Of a stretch of DNA of 64,000 nucleotides, positions 9,790 to 18,322 are shown in pieces. The DNA is from Marine Group II euryarchaeote MED-G38. GTDB taxonomy: Archaea > Thermoplasmatota > Poseidoniia > Poseidoniales > Thalassarchaeaceae. The translations under genes and the position numbers were made by a program. Position 1 is the stretch's first letter. The number at the start of each line of letters is the position of its first letter. Location: the NCBI GenBank assembly GCA_002457145.1, contig NTJP01000005.1:36000-99999 (forward strand). Direction: 5' to 3'. Under the pieces are notes generated by a model. The model was not told the origin of the DNA and did not search any database. It saw nothing but the letters and a program-made list of their open reading frames with translations.

Positions 9790-10608
9790 GTGCAGCGTAG
9801 AAGGAGGCCTAAAGTAGCACCACGTAACGTTTTTGGAGGTAATATACCTCCAAGACCTCAAAAAAAATCTAAAGATTCAGTTGCTAACAAAAATGTTAAG
9901 AAACCTAGTCAAGGTACATTAAAGGCCCCATTACCACCTAAAATTGTTCAGAAAGAAGAGCCAAAAAAACTTAGTGAAAATGAAATTATTATTAATAAAA
10001 GTAAAGAGGATAAAACTCTAATAAAAGACCATGAAGAAAATTTAGAAATAGAAAAAACTCAGAAGGATAATCTAACTGTAGAAGATAAGTTATCAGAAGA
10101 TAATAAGATAATAGAAGAAAATATACTTGGTAGAAAATCTAAAAAGAAAAGTATAGGATTACAGAAGAAAGTAGAGCATGAAATTGAAGAAGAAGTGGTT
10201 TTACCTAGTTCAAAGGCCATGGAATTGATAGAAAAAAGTAGAATCCGAGCAACTGAAAAAACACAGATAAAAGTGACAGATAAAAAGCCCAAAACAGTTA
10301 CTGAAGTAGTAAGAAAACCTAGACCTAGATCAAGGCAAAAAACATATCAACCAGCAACTAGGTTAAAACGTTTAGATAGAAGTAAACATATGGAATATAA
10401 GTATGAAATGCGTGCATTATTAGTTGAAATAAATGTAATGGAAGAATACAGATCAAATCTTTTAGCAAGTATTTGGGCAAAGGGAGAACGTAAATCTACA
10501 AAGGAAGCCAAAGGTTACATAGATGAAAAGCTACTCGAAGGTATTTTAGATGAAAAACAACATAAATCATTATCAAGAGTGATAGAGAACTATACAACAA
10601 GAAGGTGA
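9790..10608 (+). CDS. Hypothetical protein: Lys/Glu/Pro-rich disordered N-terminus, helical C-terminal domain
   Basis: 272-aa ORF in line with flanking genes; no family recognised. Confidence 0.75.
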   Translation: MQRRRRPKVAPRNVFGGNIPPRPQKKSKDSVANKNVKKPSQGTLKAPLPPKIVQKEEPKKLSENEIIINKSKEDKTLIKDHEENLEIEKTQKDNLTVEDKLSEDNKIIEENILGRKSKKKSIGLQKKVEHEIEEEVVLPSSKAMELIEKSRIRATEKTQIKVTDKKPKTVTEVVRKPRPRSRQKTYQPATRLKRLDRSKHMEYKYEMRALLVEINVMEEYRSNLLASIWAKGERKSTKEAKGYIDEKLLEGILDEKQHKSLSRVIENYTTRR

Positions 10609-10612
10609 TTAT

Positions 10613-11092
10613 TTGAAAATAGAAAAAGATAAAGTAGTAACGGTACATTATACAGGAACATTTCCGAATTCTGATGAAATATTCGATTCAAGTAAAGATA
10701 GAGAGCCTATGGAATTTTTAGTTGGTCATAATAATATGATAATGGGCTTCGAACAAGAACTTTTGGGAGCTCAAAAAGGAGAAAAAAGAGATTTTACATT
10801 GATACCAGAACAAGCATACGGACATCGAAATGAAGATGCAATACAAGAAATGCCCAAAGATCAATTTCCTCCTGATTTAGAGGTTGGAATGATGTTCCAA
10901 GCGCAAAGTGACCAGGGGCCAATGCAATTTTCGATAAATGAAATATTAGAAGAAACAGTCAAAATTGATTTTAACCATCCTATGGCAGGTAAAACATTAC
11001 AATTTAGTGTAGATGTAATAAGCATAAGAGATGCAACTGAAGAAGAAATATTACATGGTCACTCGCATGGAGCAAATGGGCACCAACATTGA
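10613..11092 (+). CDS. slyD: FKBP-type peptidyl-prolyl isomerase (SlyD-like)
   Basis: VTVHYTG, FDSS, PEQAYG, DFNHPMAGKTLQF and a His-rich tail HGHSHGANGHQH. Confidence 0.93.
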   Translation: MKIEKDKVVTVHYTGTFPNSDEIFDSSKDREPMEFLVGHNNMIMGFEQELLGAQKGEKRDFTLIPEQAYGHRNEDAIQEMPKDQFPPDLEVGMMFQAQSDQGPMQFSINEILEETVKIDFNHPMAGKTLQFSVDVISIRDATEEEILHGHSHGANGHQH

Positions 11093-11130
11093 ACGCATAT
11101 TTCATGACCAATTGCCTCTCCGATAGTTCT

Positions 11131-12633
11131 ATGGGAAATATGAGTAGTCCTGGAAAACCACCTTTTACGAGTGGTATTTATCACGAAATGTACCGTAAAA
11201 AAGTTTGGACAATGAGGCAATATGCTGGTTTTTCATCTGCAAAAGAAACTAATTCGAGGTTTTTATCATTATTGACTAACGGGCAAACTGGCCTCTCTGT
11301 AGCATTTGATTTACCAACACAATTAGGACTTGATTCGGATGATGATTTATCATTAGGAGAGGTTGGTAAAGTGGGTGTCGCCATAGATTCTATTCATGAT
11401 ATGAAAATATTATTCAAAGATATCAACTTAGGAGAAATATCAACGTCTATGACGATTAATGCACCGGCAACCACATTATTAGCGCTTTATGTAGCACTTG
11501 CAGATGAAAAAGGCATACCTAGGAAAGAACTGAGAGGAACTGTACAGAATGATATATTAAAAGAATATATTGCAAGAGGATTATACATTTTTCCTCCTGA
11601 ACATTCTTTAAGACTCACTACAGATTTAATGAAATGGTGTAATAAAAATACTCCTAAATGGAATACTATTTCTATAAGTGGTTATCATCTTAGAGAAGCT
11701 GGTTGTACAGCATCCGAAGAGTTGGCCTTGACTCTTACAAACGCTTTATATTATACTCGATGTGCAATCAATAGTGGACTAAAAATTGATGAATTTGCAC
11801 CACGTATGTCATTCTTTTTTGGATGCCACAATAATTTCTTTGAAGAAATCTGTAAATTTAGGGCTGCAAGAACTTTGTGGTATGATATCATGTCGGAATT
11901 TAATCCCAAAAATATTAAATCTTCGATGCTTAGATTCCATACTCAAACTTCTGGAGTAACATTAACAGCACAGCAGCCAATGGTGAATGCAATTAGAGTG
12001 GCATACCAAGCATTATCAGCAGTACTTGGAGGAACACAATCATTACACACCAATAGCTTTGATGAAGCATTAGGATTACCGACTGAAGAGTCAGCTACTC
12101 TTGCATTAAGAACTCAACAAATAATTGCATCTGAAATCGGAATAATAGAAAATATAGATCCATTGACTGGATCTATAATGATAGAAAATAAAACTAAAAA
12201 TATCATGGCTGAGGTTAGGAAGATAATGTCAGAAATTGAGGATAATGGGGGTTCTATGAATTGTATTATTTCAGGATATCAACAAAAAATGATTCATGAG
12301 AGTGCGTGGAAACATATGAAAAATGTAGAAAATAAAGATATTGAGGTTGTAGGTGTCAACAAATATGAAGAAAATAATAAAGAAGATTTTGAAGCTCAAC
12401 GATTGGATATAAATAATACTAGAAAGCAAATTATTCACTTACAAGAATTGAAAAAAAATAGAAATGAAGACGCCATCAAGAACGCATTACAAGAATTAAG
12501 TAGAGTATGTAAGAGTGAAGAAAATATTATGGATTCAATTATATCAGCAGTGAAGGCTGAAGCTACAGTGGGTGAAATTAATAATGTTATGAAAGACGTT
12601 TTTGGGACCTGGATATCTCCGAGTGGTGTTTAA
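11131..12633 (+). CDS. Methylmalonyl-CoA mutase, substrate-binding (large) subunit
   Basis: WTMRQYAGF, GLSVAFDLPTQLG, GTVQNDILKEY, TISISGYH and QSLHTNSFDEAL. No B12-binding domain. Start uncertain (11089, 11131 or 11140). Confidence 0.92.
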   Translation: MGNMSSPGKPPFTSGIYHEMYRKKVWTMRQYAGFSSAKETNSRFLSLLTNGQTGLSVAFDLPTQLGLDSDDDLSLGEVGKVGVAIDSIHDMKILFKDINLGEISTSMTINAPATTLLALYVALADEKGIPRKELRGTVQNDILKEYIARGLYIFPPEHSLRLTTDLMKWCNKNTPKWNTISISGYHLREAGCTASEELALTLTNALYYTRCAINSGLKIDEFAPRMSFFFGCHNNFFEEICKFRAARTLWYDIMSEFNPKNIKSSMLRFHTQTSGVTLTAQQPMVNAIRVAYQALSAVLGGTQSLHTNSFDEALGLPTEESATLALRTQQIIASEIGIIENIDPLTGSIMIENKTKNIMAEVRKIMSEIEDNGGSMNCIISGYQQKMIHESAWKHMKNVENKDIEVVGVNKYEENNKEDFEAQRLDINNTRKQIIHLQELKKNRNEDAIKNALQELSRVCKSEENIMDSIISAVKAEATVGEINNVMKDVFGTWISPSGV

Positions 12634-13035
12634 ATGAGTAATGTTGAAGTAGATCATATAGGAATAGCCACGGAGTCTATAAAACATAGTAGTGTATTTT
12701 GGGAGTGTTTAGGATTCACTAGTTCGGGGGAAGAAATAGTAGAGGAACAGGGCGTAAAGATTAGATTTCTTACTGGAAAACAAGGTTCAAAGATAGAATT
12801 ACTAGAGCCTCTAAAAGAAGATACTCCGATAGGAAAATTCATTAGAAATAGAGGCCCAGGAATACAACAATTAGCAATTAAAGTAGTTGATATAAATAAA
12901 ATTGTTTTAGAATTAAAAAAGTCAGGTATAAGAATAATTAATGAAAAACCAAGTATAGGTGCAAATGGGAAACTAATCTCATTTATTCACCCTTCCTCTA
13001 CTGGAGGAGTCCTGGTAGAATTAATTCAAGATTAA
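12634..13035 (+). CDS. mce: Methylmalonyl-CoA epimerase
   Basis: VDHIGIA, EQGVKI, IELLEP and FIHPSSTGGVLVEL; abuts the mutase gene. Confidence 0.93.
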   Translation: MSNVEVDHIGIATESIKHSSVFWECLGFTSSGEEIVEEQGVKIRFLTGKQGSKIELLEPLKEDTPIGKFIRNRGPGIQQLAIKVVDINKIVLELKKSGIRIINEKPSIGANGKLISFIHPSSTGGVLVELIQD

Positions 13036-13074
13036 ATTAACAATAATCAAAAGTAAAAGACACTGGGCCGTATT

Positions 13075-13374
13075 ATGGAAACACTAATATGTCGTTTTGA
13101 AAAATTAGAAAATATCAAATCTGAAGTATTGGATAATGAAATTATGTTTCTGGCTGATACCTTAGAGATGTTAAGAATAACAGATGAAATATCTAACGAT
13201 GCATTCTTAGATGCTGGTATGATACAAGGTGGATTATCGATAATATCTAATCTATTATCTCAAGGCCTTAATCCAGAAGATGTTCGAAACCAAATAAATA
13301 GATTAAAACAAAAAAGTATTGCATTATCAAAAACTTATCCAGAATTAGATAAATTGATTGAAGAAAGAAGATAA
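13075..13374 (+). CDS. Hypothetical helical protein (99 aa)
   Basis: ORF filling the gap; no motif recognised. Confidence 0.7.
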   Translation: METLICRFEKLENIKSEVLDNEIMFLADTLEMLRITDEISNDAFLDAGMIQGGLSIISNLLSQGLNPEDVRNQINRLKQKSIALSKTYPELDKLIEERR

Positions 13375-13414
13375 TACTTAGGTAATATTCAGGTAATACT
13401 TGAGTAATATTTAA
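13372..13414 (+). promoter_or_regulatory. Four 11-bp-period direct repeats; candidate RHH operator
   Basis: TAATACTTAGG / TAATATTCAGG / TAATACTTGAG / TAATATTTAA, ending about 25 bp upstream of the RHH gene start. Confidence 0.6.
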
Positions 13415-13438
13415 TAATAAAATCTAGTTCCAATAATT

Positions 13439-13612
13439 ATGCCTAAAGTTAGTTTAGATATGCCTCAACAAATTATTGAGGACCTAAGAAAACATGTTGG
13501 AGACGATAGGAAATATGTAAGTTTGGCGGATGCCATTAGAACAGGTTGTAGAAAATTGTTAGATCAATTGGATGAAATTGACGCACGTCATGGGAGGATT
13601 GAGAATGAATAA
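13439..13612 (+). CDS. Ribbon-helix-helix (CopG/Arc-like) regulator (57 aa, not in ORF track)
   Basis: MPKVSLDMPQQIIEDLRKHVGDDRKYVSLADAIRTGCRKLLDQLDEIDARHGRIENE. Alternating beta strand, then two helices with the Y.S..DAIR motif. Its stop overlaps the folE start. Confidence 0.85.
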   Translation: MPKVSLDMPQQIIEDLRKHVGDDRKYVSLADAIRTGCRKLLDQLDEIDARHGRIENE

Positions 13613-14180
13613 TATAGGACGAAAAGAAGCTGAATCTGCAATTAAGACTTTACTGAAATACTTAGAAGATGACTTTAATAGAGAAGGACTAAAAGAAACT
13701 CCTAAAAGAGTCATAGATTCATTTGATGAGATATTTGCTGGTTACCAGCAACGACCATCAGAGGTTTTAGCATCAACGTTTAATGCAGAAGGTTACGATG
13801 GAATCGTTCTTCTGAGAGATATTGAATTTTATTCTACATGTGAACATCATTTACAACCATTTAGCGGTCGAGCACATATTGCTTACATACCCACAGATAG
13901 AATTGTTGGGATCAGTAAATTAGCAAGGATTGTAGAATTATACGCGAGAAGATTACAGAATCAAGAAAGAATAACAATATCTATTGTAGATGATATTGTT
14001 GAAAATTTAAATCCATTAGGAGCAGGGGTGATATTAGAAGCAAGACACGGATGTATGCAATGTCGTGGCGTATCCAAACAAAATGCTGTTATGACAACCA
14101 GTGCTATGAGAGGGGTATTTTTCGAAGATTCTGGGGCCCGTTCTGAATTAATGCAATTAATCAGGAGTAGGGAACTGTGA
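13605..14180 (+). CDS. folE: GTP cyclohydrolase I (type IA)
   Basis: REGLKETPKRV, STCEHHLQPF, GISKLAR, RRLQNQER and HGCMQCRGV. ATG 13605 follows GGAGG. Confidence 0.96.
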   Translation: MNNIGRKEAESAIKTLLKYLEDDFNREGLKETPKRVIDSFDEIFAGYQQRPSEVLASTFNAEGYDGIVLLRDIEFYSTCEHHLQPFSGRAHIAYIPTDRIVGISKLARIVELYARRLQNQERITISIVDDIVENLNPLGAGVILEARHGCMQCRGVSKQNAVMTTSAMRGVFFEDSGARSELMQLIRSREL

Positions 14181-14773
14181 GCACCTACCCCATTGTTGAG
14201 ATATTTCACTCAGTTCAAGGTGAAGCATTTCATACTGGGGTTCCACATGTATTTATCAGATTTGGTAACTGTAATTTAAGATGTGAATGGTGTGATACAG
14301 ACTTTCTAACATTTCATGAAATGTCGTTAGAACAAATAATCAATCAAGTAGTATCATACAATTGTAAAAGAGTTATTTTTACAGGTGGAGAACCTTGTAT
14401 GCAGGATTTGAATACAATAGGTAAAGAATTAAAGAAATATGATATTCATCTCTCTGTCGAAACCAACGGAACTATAAGAGTCCCAAATATCATAGATTGG
14501 ATTTGCGTCTCTCCAAAAGATCAAATTTATCCAAATGTGAATATTGAACAACGTACTGGAGACGAATTAAAGGTTGTTTATTGTGGACAAGATCTTTCAA
14601 TTTATGATGATATTAAAAAAGGATTCAAACATCATTACATACAACCTTGTTACATAGAGAACGATAGTATTGAATCGAATGGAAGAAGTTTTAGTATAGT
14701 TGAAAAAGTGGTAAAGTCTAATCCGGGATGGAGACTATCATTACAAACTCATAAATGGATGGGAGTTGATTGA
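14177..14773 (+). CDS. queE: 7-carboxy-7-deazaguanine synthase (radical SAM)
   Basis: EIFHSVQGE, FIRFGNCNLRCEWCDT, TGGEP, ETNG, VSPK and WRLSLQTHK. Confidence 0.95.
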   Translation: MSTYPIVEIFHSVQGEAFHTGVPHVFIRFGNCNLRCEWCDTDFLTFHEMSLEQIINQVVSYNCKRVIFTGGEPCMQDLNTIGKELKKYDIHLSVETNGTIRVPNIIDWICVSPKDQIYPNVNIEQRTGDELKVVYCGQDLSIYDDIKKGFKHHYIQPCYIENDSIESNGRSFSIVEKVVKSNPGWRLSLQTHKWMGVD

Positions 14774-15862
14774 ATGAGAGTAGTTATGGCATTAAGCGGA
14801 GGAATGGATTCTACAGGGCTATTACTACGTCTTTTATCAGATGGATATAAAGTGACATGTTTAATATATGATTATGGTCAAAAGCATATTATAGAAATTG
14901 AAAGGGCTCTTCAGAATTTAACTTATATAAATAATAACGGGATCAAAGTAGACCATAAAGTAGTAAATCTATCTAGTGTAATGGGATTATTTCATTCATC
15001 ATTAATTAAAAATAATGAAGAAATTCCTGAAGGCCACTATGAGGAAGAACAAATGAAATCAACAGTTGTGCCAAATAGGAATGCGATTTTCGCCTCAATT
15101 TTGTATGGTTATGCGTTGAGTATTGGATTAAAAGAAGATACTAATGTAAAAATAGCATTAGGAGTTCACTCAGGAGACCACGTTATATATCCAGATTGCA
15201 GACCAGAGTTTTATGAGTTATTAGAACAAGCCTTTGCAAAAGGCAATTGGAACTCCGAAAAAGTTTCTTTGCACTTGCCTTATATTGATGGAAATAAAGA
15301 AACAATATTAAGGGATTCTATCAATTCATGTAGAAAATTAAGACTTGATTTTGATACTGTTTTTGCTAATACGAATACCTCTTATAACCCTGATTCTAAT
15401 GGTAGATCTTCGGGCACTAGTGGTGCCGATATTGAAAGAATACTAGCATTCTATTCTATTGGTAAGAAAGACCCAGTGGAATATGTAAAGCCATGGGAAA
15501 ATGTATTATCTGAAGCTTTAAAAACTAAATTAAGATATAATGTAATGAAAGAAAATGGAACCGAGCAGCCATTCACAGGTGAGTATGATAAACACTTCAA
15601 AGAAGGGGTTTATACCTGTTATGATTGTGGTAAGAAATTATTTTCATCTAAATCTAAATTTGATTCCGGATGTGGCTGGCCAGCATTTTCTGAAGAATTT
15701 GATAATGCAGGTATAATAAAAATAAATGATAATTCCTATGGAATGAATAGAATTGAAGTAAGATGTAGTGGATGTGAATCACATTTAGGCCATCTTTTCC
15801 ATGAATCAAAAGGTCCAAGATATTGCATAAATTCTATATGTTTAAAATTCGAGGGAAAGTAA
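14774..15862 (+). CDS. queC: 7-cyano-7-deazaguanine synthase fused to C-terminal methionine-R-sulfoxide reductase (QueC::MsrB)
   Basis: N-terminal part has SGGMDST, YGQKH, TVVPNRN and YPDCRPEF. From about 15530: GTEQPFTGEY, CYDC, KFDSGCGWPAF, EVRCSGCESHLGHLF and RYCINS. Confidence 0.92.
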   Translation: MRVVMALSGGMDSTGLLLRLLSDGYKVTCLIYDYGQKHIIEIERALQNLTYINNNGIKVDHKVVNLSSVMGLFHSSLIKNNEEIPEGHYEEEQMKSTVVPNRNAIFASILYGYALSIGLKEDTNVKIALGVHSGDHVIYPDCRPEFYELLEQAFAKGNWNSEKVSLHLPYIDGNKETILRDSINSCRKLRLDFDTVFANTNTSYNPDSNGRSSGTSGADIERILAFYSIGKKDPVEYVKPWENVLSEALKTKLRYNVMKENGTEQPFTGEYDKHFKEGVYTCYDCGKKLFSSKSKFDSGCGWPAFSEEFDNAGIIKINDNSYGMNRIEVRCSGCESHLGHLFHESKGPRYCINSICLKFEGK

Positions 15863-16318
15863 ATGGTAACTAAAATAATGAGATGGGTAGAAACTGATAC
15901 AGGGCATAGAGTTCCTAATCATAAAAGTAAATGTAGACATTTTCATGGCCATAGATATAGATGGGAGGCCGTTATTGAGGGTGATGTTGTTAGTCAAAAA
16001 GGTGTTTCTGATGAAGGTATGTTAATGGATTTTTCAGATATTTCAATTATTCTTAATACGGAGATACACGACATAGTAGATCATTCATTCTTAGTTTATG
16101 AGAATGATTTGGAGGCGCTTAAAGCACTAGAAATATTGGAACCGGGACATAGAACCTTGGTATTACCATTCATCCCAACAGCTGAAAACCTAGCCAGATG
16201 GGCTTTTGAAAAAGTTGAGAAACATATTAAAAGTTCGTATCAAAACAAGTTAAGGTTAGTTTCTTTTAATGTTAGAGAAACCCCCAAATCATGGGCTAGT
16301 TGGACTCCTGATCTTTAG
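15863..16318 (+). CDS. queD: 6-carboxytetrahydropterin synthase
   Basis: GHRVPNHKSKCRHFHGHRY, GMLMDF, PTAENLA and ETP. Confidence 0.93.
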   Translation: MVTKIMRWVETDTGHRVPNHKSKCRHFHGHRYRWEAVIEGDVVSQKGVSDEGMLMDFSDISIILNTEIHDIVDHSFLVYENDLEALKALEILEPGHRTLVLPFIPTAENLARWAFEKVEKHIKSSYQNKLRLVSFNVRETPKSWASWTPDL

Positions 16319-17048
16319 TAAATGACTTATTTGCACTTTTAATTACTCCTAAAATACGATGTATTTCATCGTCTTTAGGTAGACCTCTTAAGATTACTCT
16401 AAATAGCGTTTCTTCAATACCTTTCTTTGAATGAGATTTTACAGGGAGTACTTGTGATAATTGAAAAATTTCTTCTCTTAATTGCTTTCTTAGGTCAGGA
16501 GATAAAATTCTGTCTGTAGCAATATTATCAGCATTCTGAAACCATTCATAGCATATTATTGAGACTGCATGGCTCAAATTCATTATAGGATATCCTTCCC
16601 ATGTAGGAATTGATAGTAGAATATCACATTTTTGCAATTCTTCATTTAATAAACCGATACCTTCTGGACCAAAAATTAATGCTATTTTATTATCACTTTT
16701 TTTTAAATTATTGGATAGTTCTTTGGGGTCGAGAAAATGTCTAAAAGATATTTTACTGCCAAATTCTCTTTTACCTGAAGTACCAACCAATAAAGAACAA
16801 TCTTTGCTTGCACTTGGAATGTCATCAAAGAATGATGTATTATCTAAGACACTTTGAGCGTGTTTAGCCCTATTTCTGGTTTCATTTGACCAAGATTTAG
16901 AATTTCCTATGATACGAAGATCTGTTACACCAAAATTTAACATTGAACGTGCAACTGCGCCAATATTTCCATCAAATTGTGGTCTTACTAGTATTATACA
17001 CAATTTATTCCCATATTCAGGAAGTGGAACTTCAAGCCTTTCACCCAT
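16296..17048 (-). CDS. trmJ: SPOUT tRNA methyltransferase, TrmJ family
   Basis: ILVRPQFDGNIGAVARSMLNFG, ALIFGPEGIGLLNEEL and YPIMNLSHAV. Confidence 0.9.
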   Translation of the reverse strand: MGERLEVPLPEYGNKLCIILVRPQFDGNIGAVARSMLNFGVTDLRIIGNSKSWSNETRNRAKHAQSVLDNTSFFDDIPSASKDCSLLVGTSGKREFGSKISFRHFLDPKELSNNLKKSDNKIALIFGPEGIGLLNEELQKCDILLSIPTWEGYPIMNLSHAVSIICYEWFQNADNIATDRILSPDLRKQLREEIFQLSQVLPVKSHSKKGIEETLFRVILRGLPKDDEIHRILGVIKSANKSFTKDQESN

Positions 17049-17072
17049 ATGTACTCTCCTAATAGGAGTACC

Positions 17073-17288
17073 TTAATCAACACGTCTTTGTTTATATCGC
17101 GTAATATATCCTGCTATCCAGTTACGCATTTTCTTATTTGTAACTTCTTCTCCTTCGGAATTACCTAAATCTGTATACATAGAGACATATTTCTTGTTAT
17201 TTTCAAAATCACCGGTGAATTTGTCTGGATAATCATCCACCAATCTTAATGCTCTAATTTTAATAAAAGAAGGTCGAATATTACCCAT
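17073..17288 (-). CDS. rps17e: 30S ribosomal protein S17e
   Basis: [20 protein letters not shown] and [13 protein letters not shown]. Confidence 0.95.
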   Translation of the reverse strand: MGNIRPSFIKIRALRLVDDYPDKFTGDFENNKKYVSMYTDLGNSEGEEVTNKKMRNWIAGYITRYKQRRVD

Positions 17289-17289
17289 A

Positions 17290-17556
17290 TTATTCCTCCA
17301 TTAATTTAACTTCAAGGATATTAAAACCTTCTTCTCTAGTGCAAATGACTCTTATTTTTCGAGGAGGTTTTTGTGCTCCTCTTGCCCAAATAATTTTATT
17401 TATTTCTTCATCAATCCAAACCTTTTCGTCTTCAGTTTTCTTCATATGTTGCGAAACATGTTTTTTAATTTCAGAAATGGCTCTGTTGGCTCTATGATTT
17501 CTTGTAACGCTCCAGGCCGCCCTCAATGGGATTGTTAATTCTCTAACTTCTGCCAT
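17290..17556 (-). CDS. rpl31e: 50S ribosomal protein L31e
   Basis: TIPLR, RANRAI and [19 protein letters not shown]. Start moved to ATG 17556. Confidence 0.93.
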   Translation of the reverse strand: MAEVRELTIPLRAAWSVTRNHRANRAISEIKKHVSQHMKKTEDEKVWIDEEINKIIWARGAQKPPRKIRVICTREEGFNILEVKLMEE

Positions 17557-17561
17557 ATCTT

Positions 17562-17717
17562 TCATCTCTGTAATTTGGAACGTCGCCACATATGTCTTTT
17601 GGGATGTGTACTGGTATTTCGGTTGGTACGTAGCATGACCCAAACAGGTACCCTTCTATTTTGATTTGTTACTTTTATCAATCGCTTCTTTTTAGCATAT
17701 GGTTTATTTCTTGCCAA
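17562..17717 (-). CDS. rpl39e: 50S ribosomal protein L39e (not in ORF track)
   Basis: TTG start after GAGGTGA; [51 protein letters not shown]. Confidence 0.95.
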   Translation of the reverse strand: MARNKPYAKKKRLIKVTNQNRRVPVWVMLRTNRNTSTHPKRHMWRRSKLQR

Positions 17718-17729
17718 ATAATCACCTCA

Positions 17730-18200
17730 TTAATAATTTGAAAGTCCTGGATACTTCTCTTCTGCAACTTTTCTTACGGAATGTGCTACATTGTTGAGTA
17801 ATTTATGTCCTTCCGGAGTAAGTATTTTTCCATAATTTACGGTTCCTGCCGCATTATGGGAACTAGTAATAAGACCAGAATCAGTTAATTGTCGTAGAAT
17901 AGTTCTAGCAATATTCCGTGAACCCGCTGCAGCCCTGTTGGGTTTCACGCCTCTATCTCTTGGTCCACCAAATTCTTGAGCCATGTGATTTGTACCAATT
18001 GGTCCTTTAAATGCTACTTTACGCAGTATTGCTGCAGATCTAATTAACCACCAATTCTCTTGATTAGGTGGTCTTTCTCTATGAGTACCTGTTTTTACAA
18101 ATGCAGCCCAATCAGGTGCTACTATGGAATCGAATGATGACAATTCCTCTAACAAACCGTCAATTAGAATGTTAGCAGGAATATCGTTGAATGTCGTCAA
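17730..18200 (-). CDS. rps19e: 30S ribosomal protein S19e
   Basis: PDWAAFVKTGTHRERPP, WWLIRSAAILRK and GSRNIARTILRQL. Confidence 0.96.
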   Translation of the reverse strand: MTTFNDIPANILIDGLLEELSSFDSIVAPDWAAFVKTGTHRERPPNQENWWLIRSAAILRKVAFKGPIGTNHMAQEFGGPRDRGVKPNRAAAGSRNIARTILRQLTDSGLITSSHNAAGTVNYGKILTPEGHKLLNNVAHSVRKVAEEKYPGLSNY

Positions 18201-18322
18201 AGCATCACCTATTGTGAACGCCCGTCTTAGGGAGTCTATTTAATCGTGATGACTGAACCATATTATAAAAATGAATAATTGTATGAACAAGTATTCAAAA
18301 AAAGAGACCACTACCAACACCT

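Noticed and set aside
13372-13414. Repeats as a CRISPR array or plasmid iterons
   Set aside because: The units are 11 bp with no spacers, and no cas or rep gene is present.
13375-13438. preQ1 riboswitch upstream of the que operon
   Set aside because: No GC stem with an AGGUUC-type loop and A-tail; the leader is AT-rich repeats.
13439-16318. que cluster as a phage/dpd DNA-modification island or QueC-based defence system (QatC, Cap9)
   Set aside because: No dpdA/TGT, cyclase, nuclease, integrase or viral gene nearby. The full folE-queE-queC-queD set amid housekeeping genes fits tRNA preQ0 supply.
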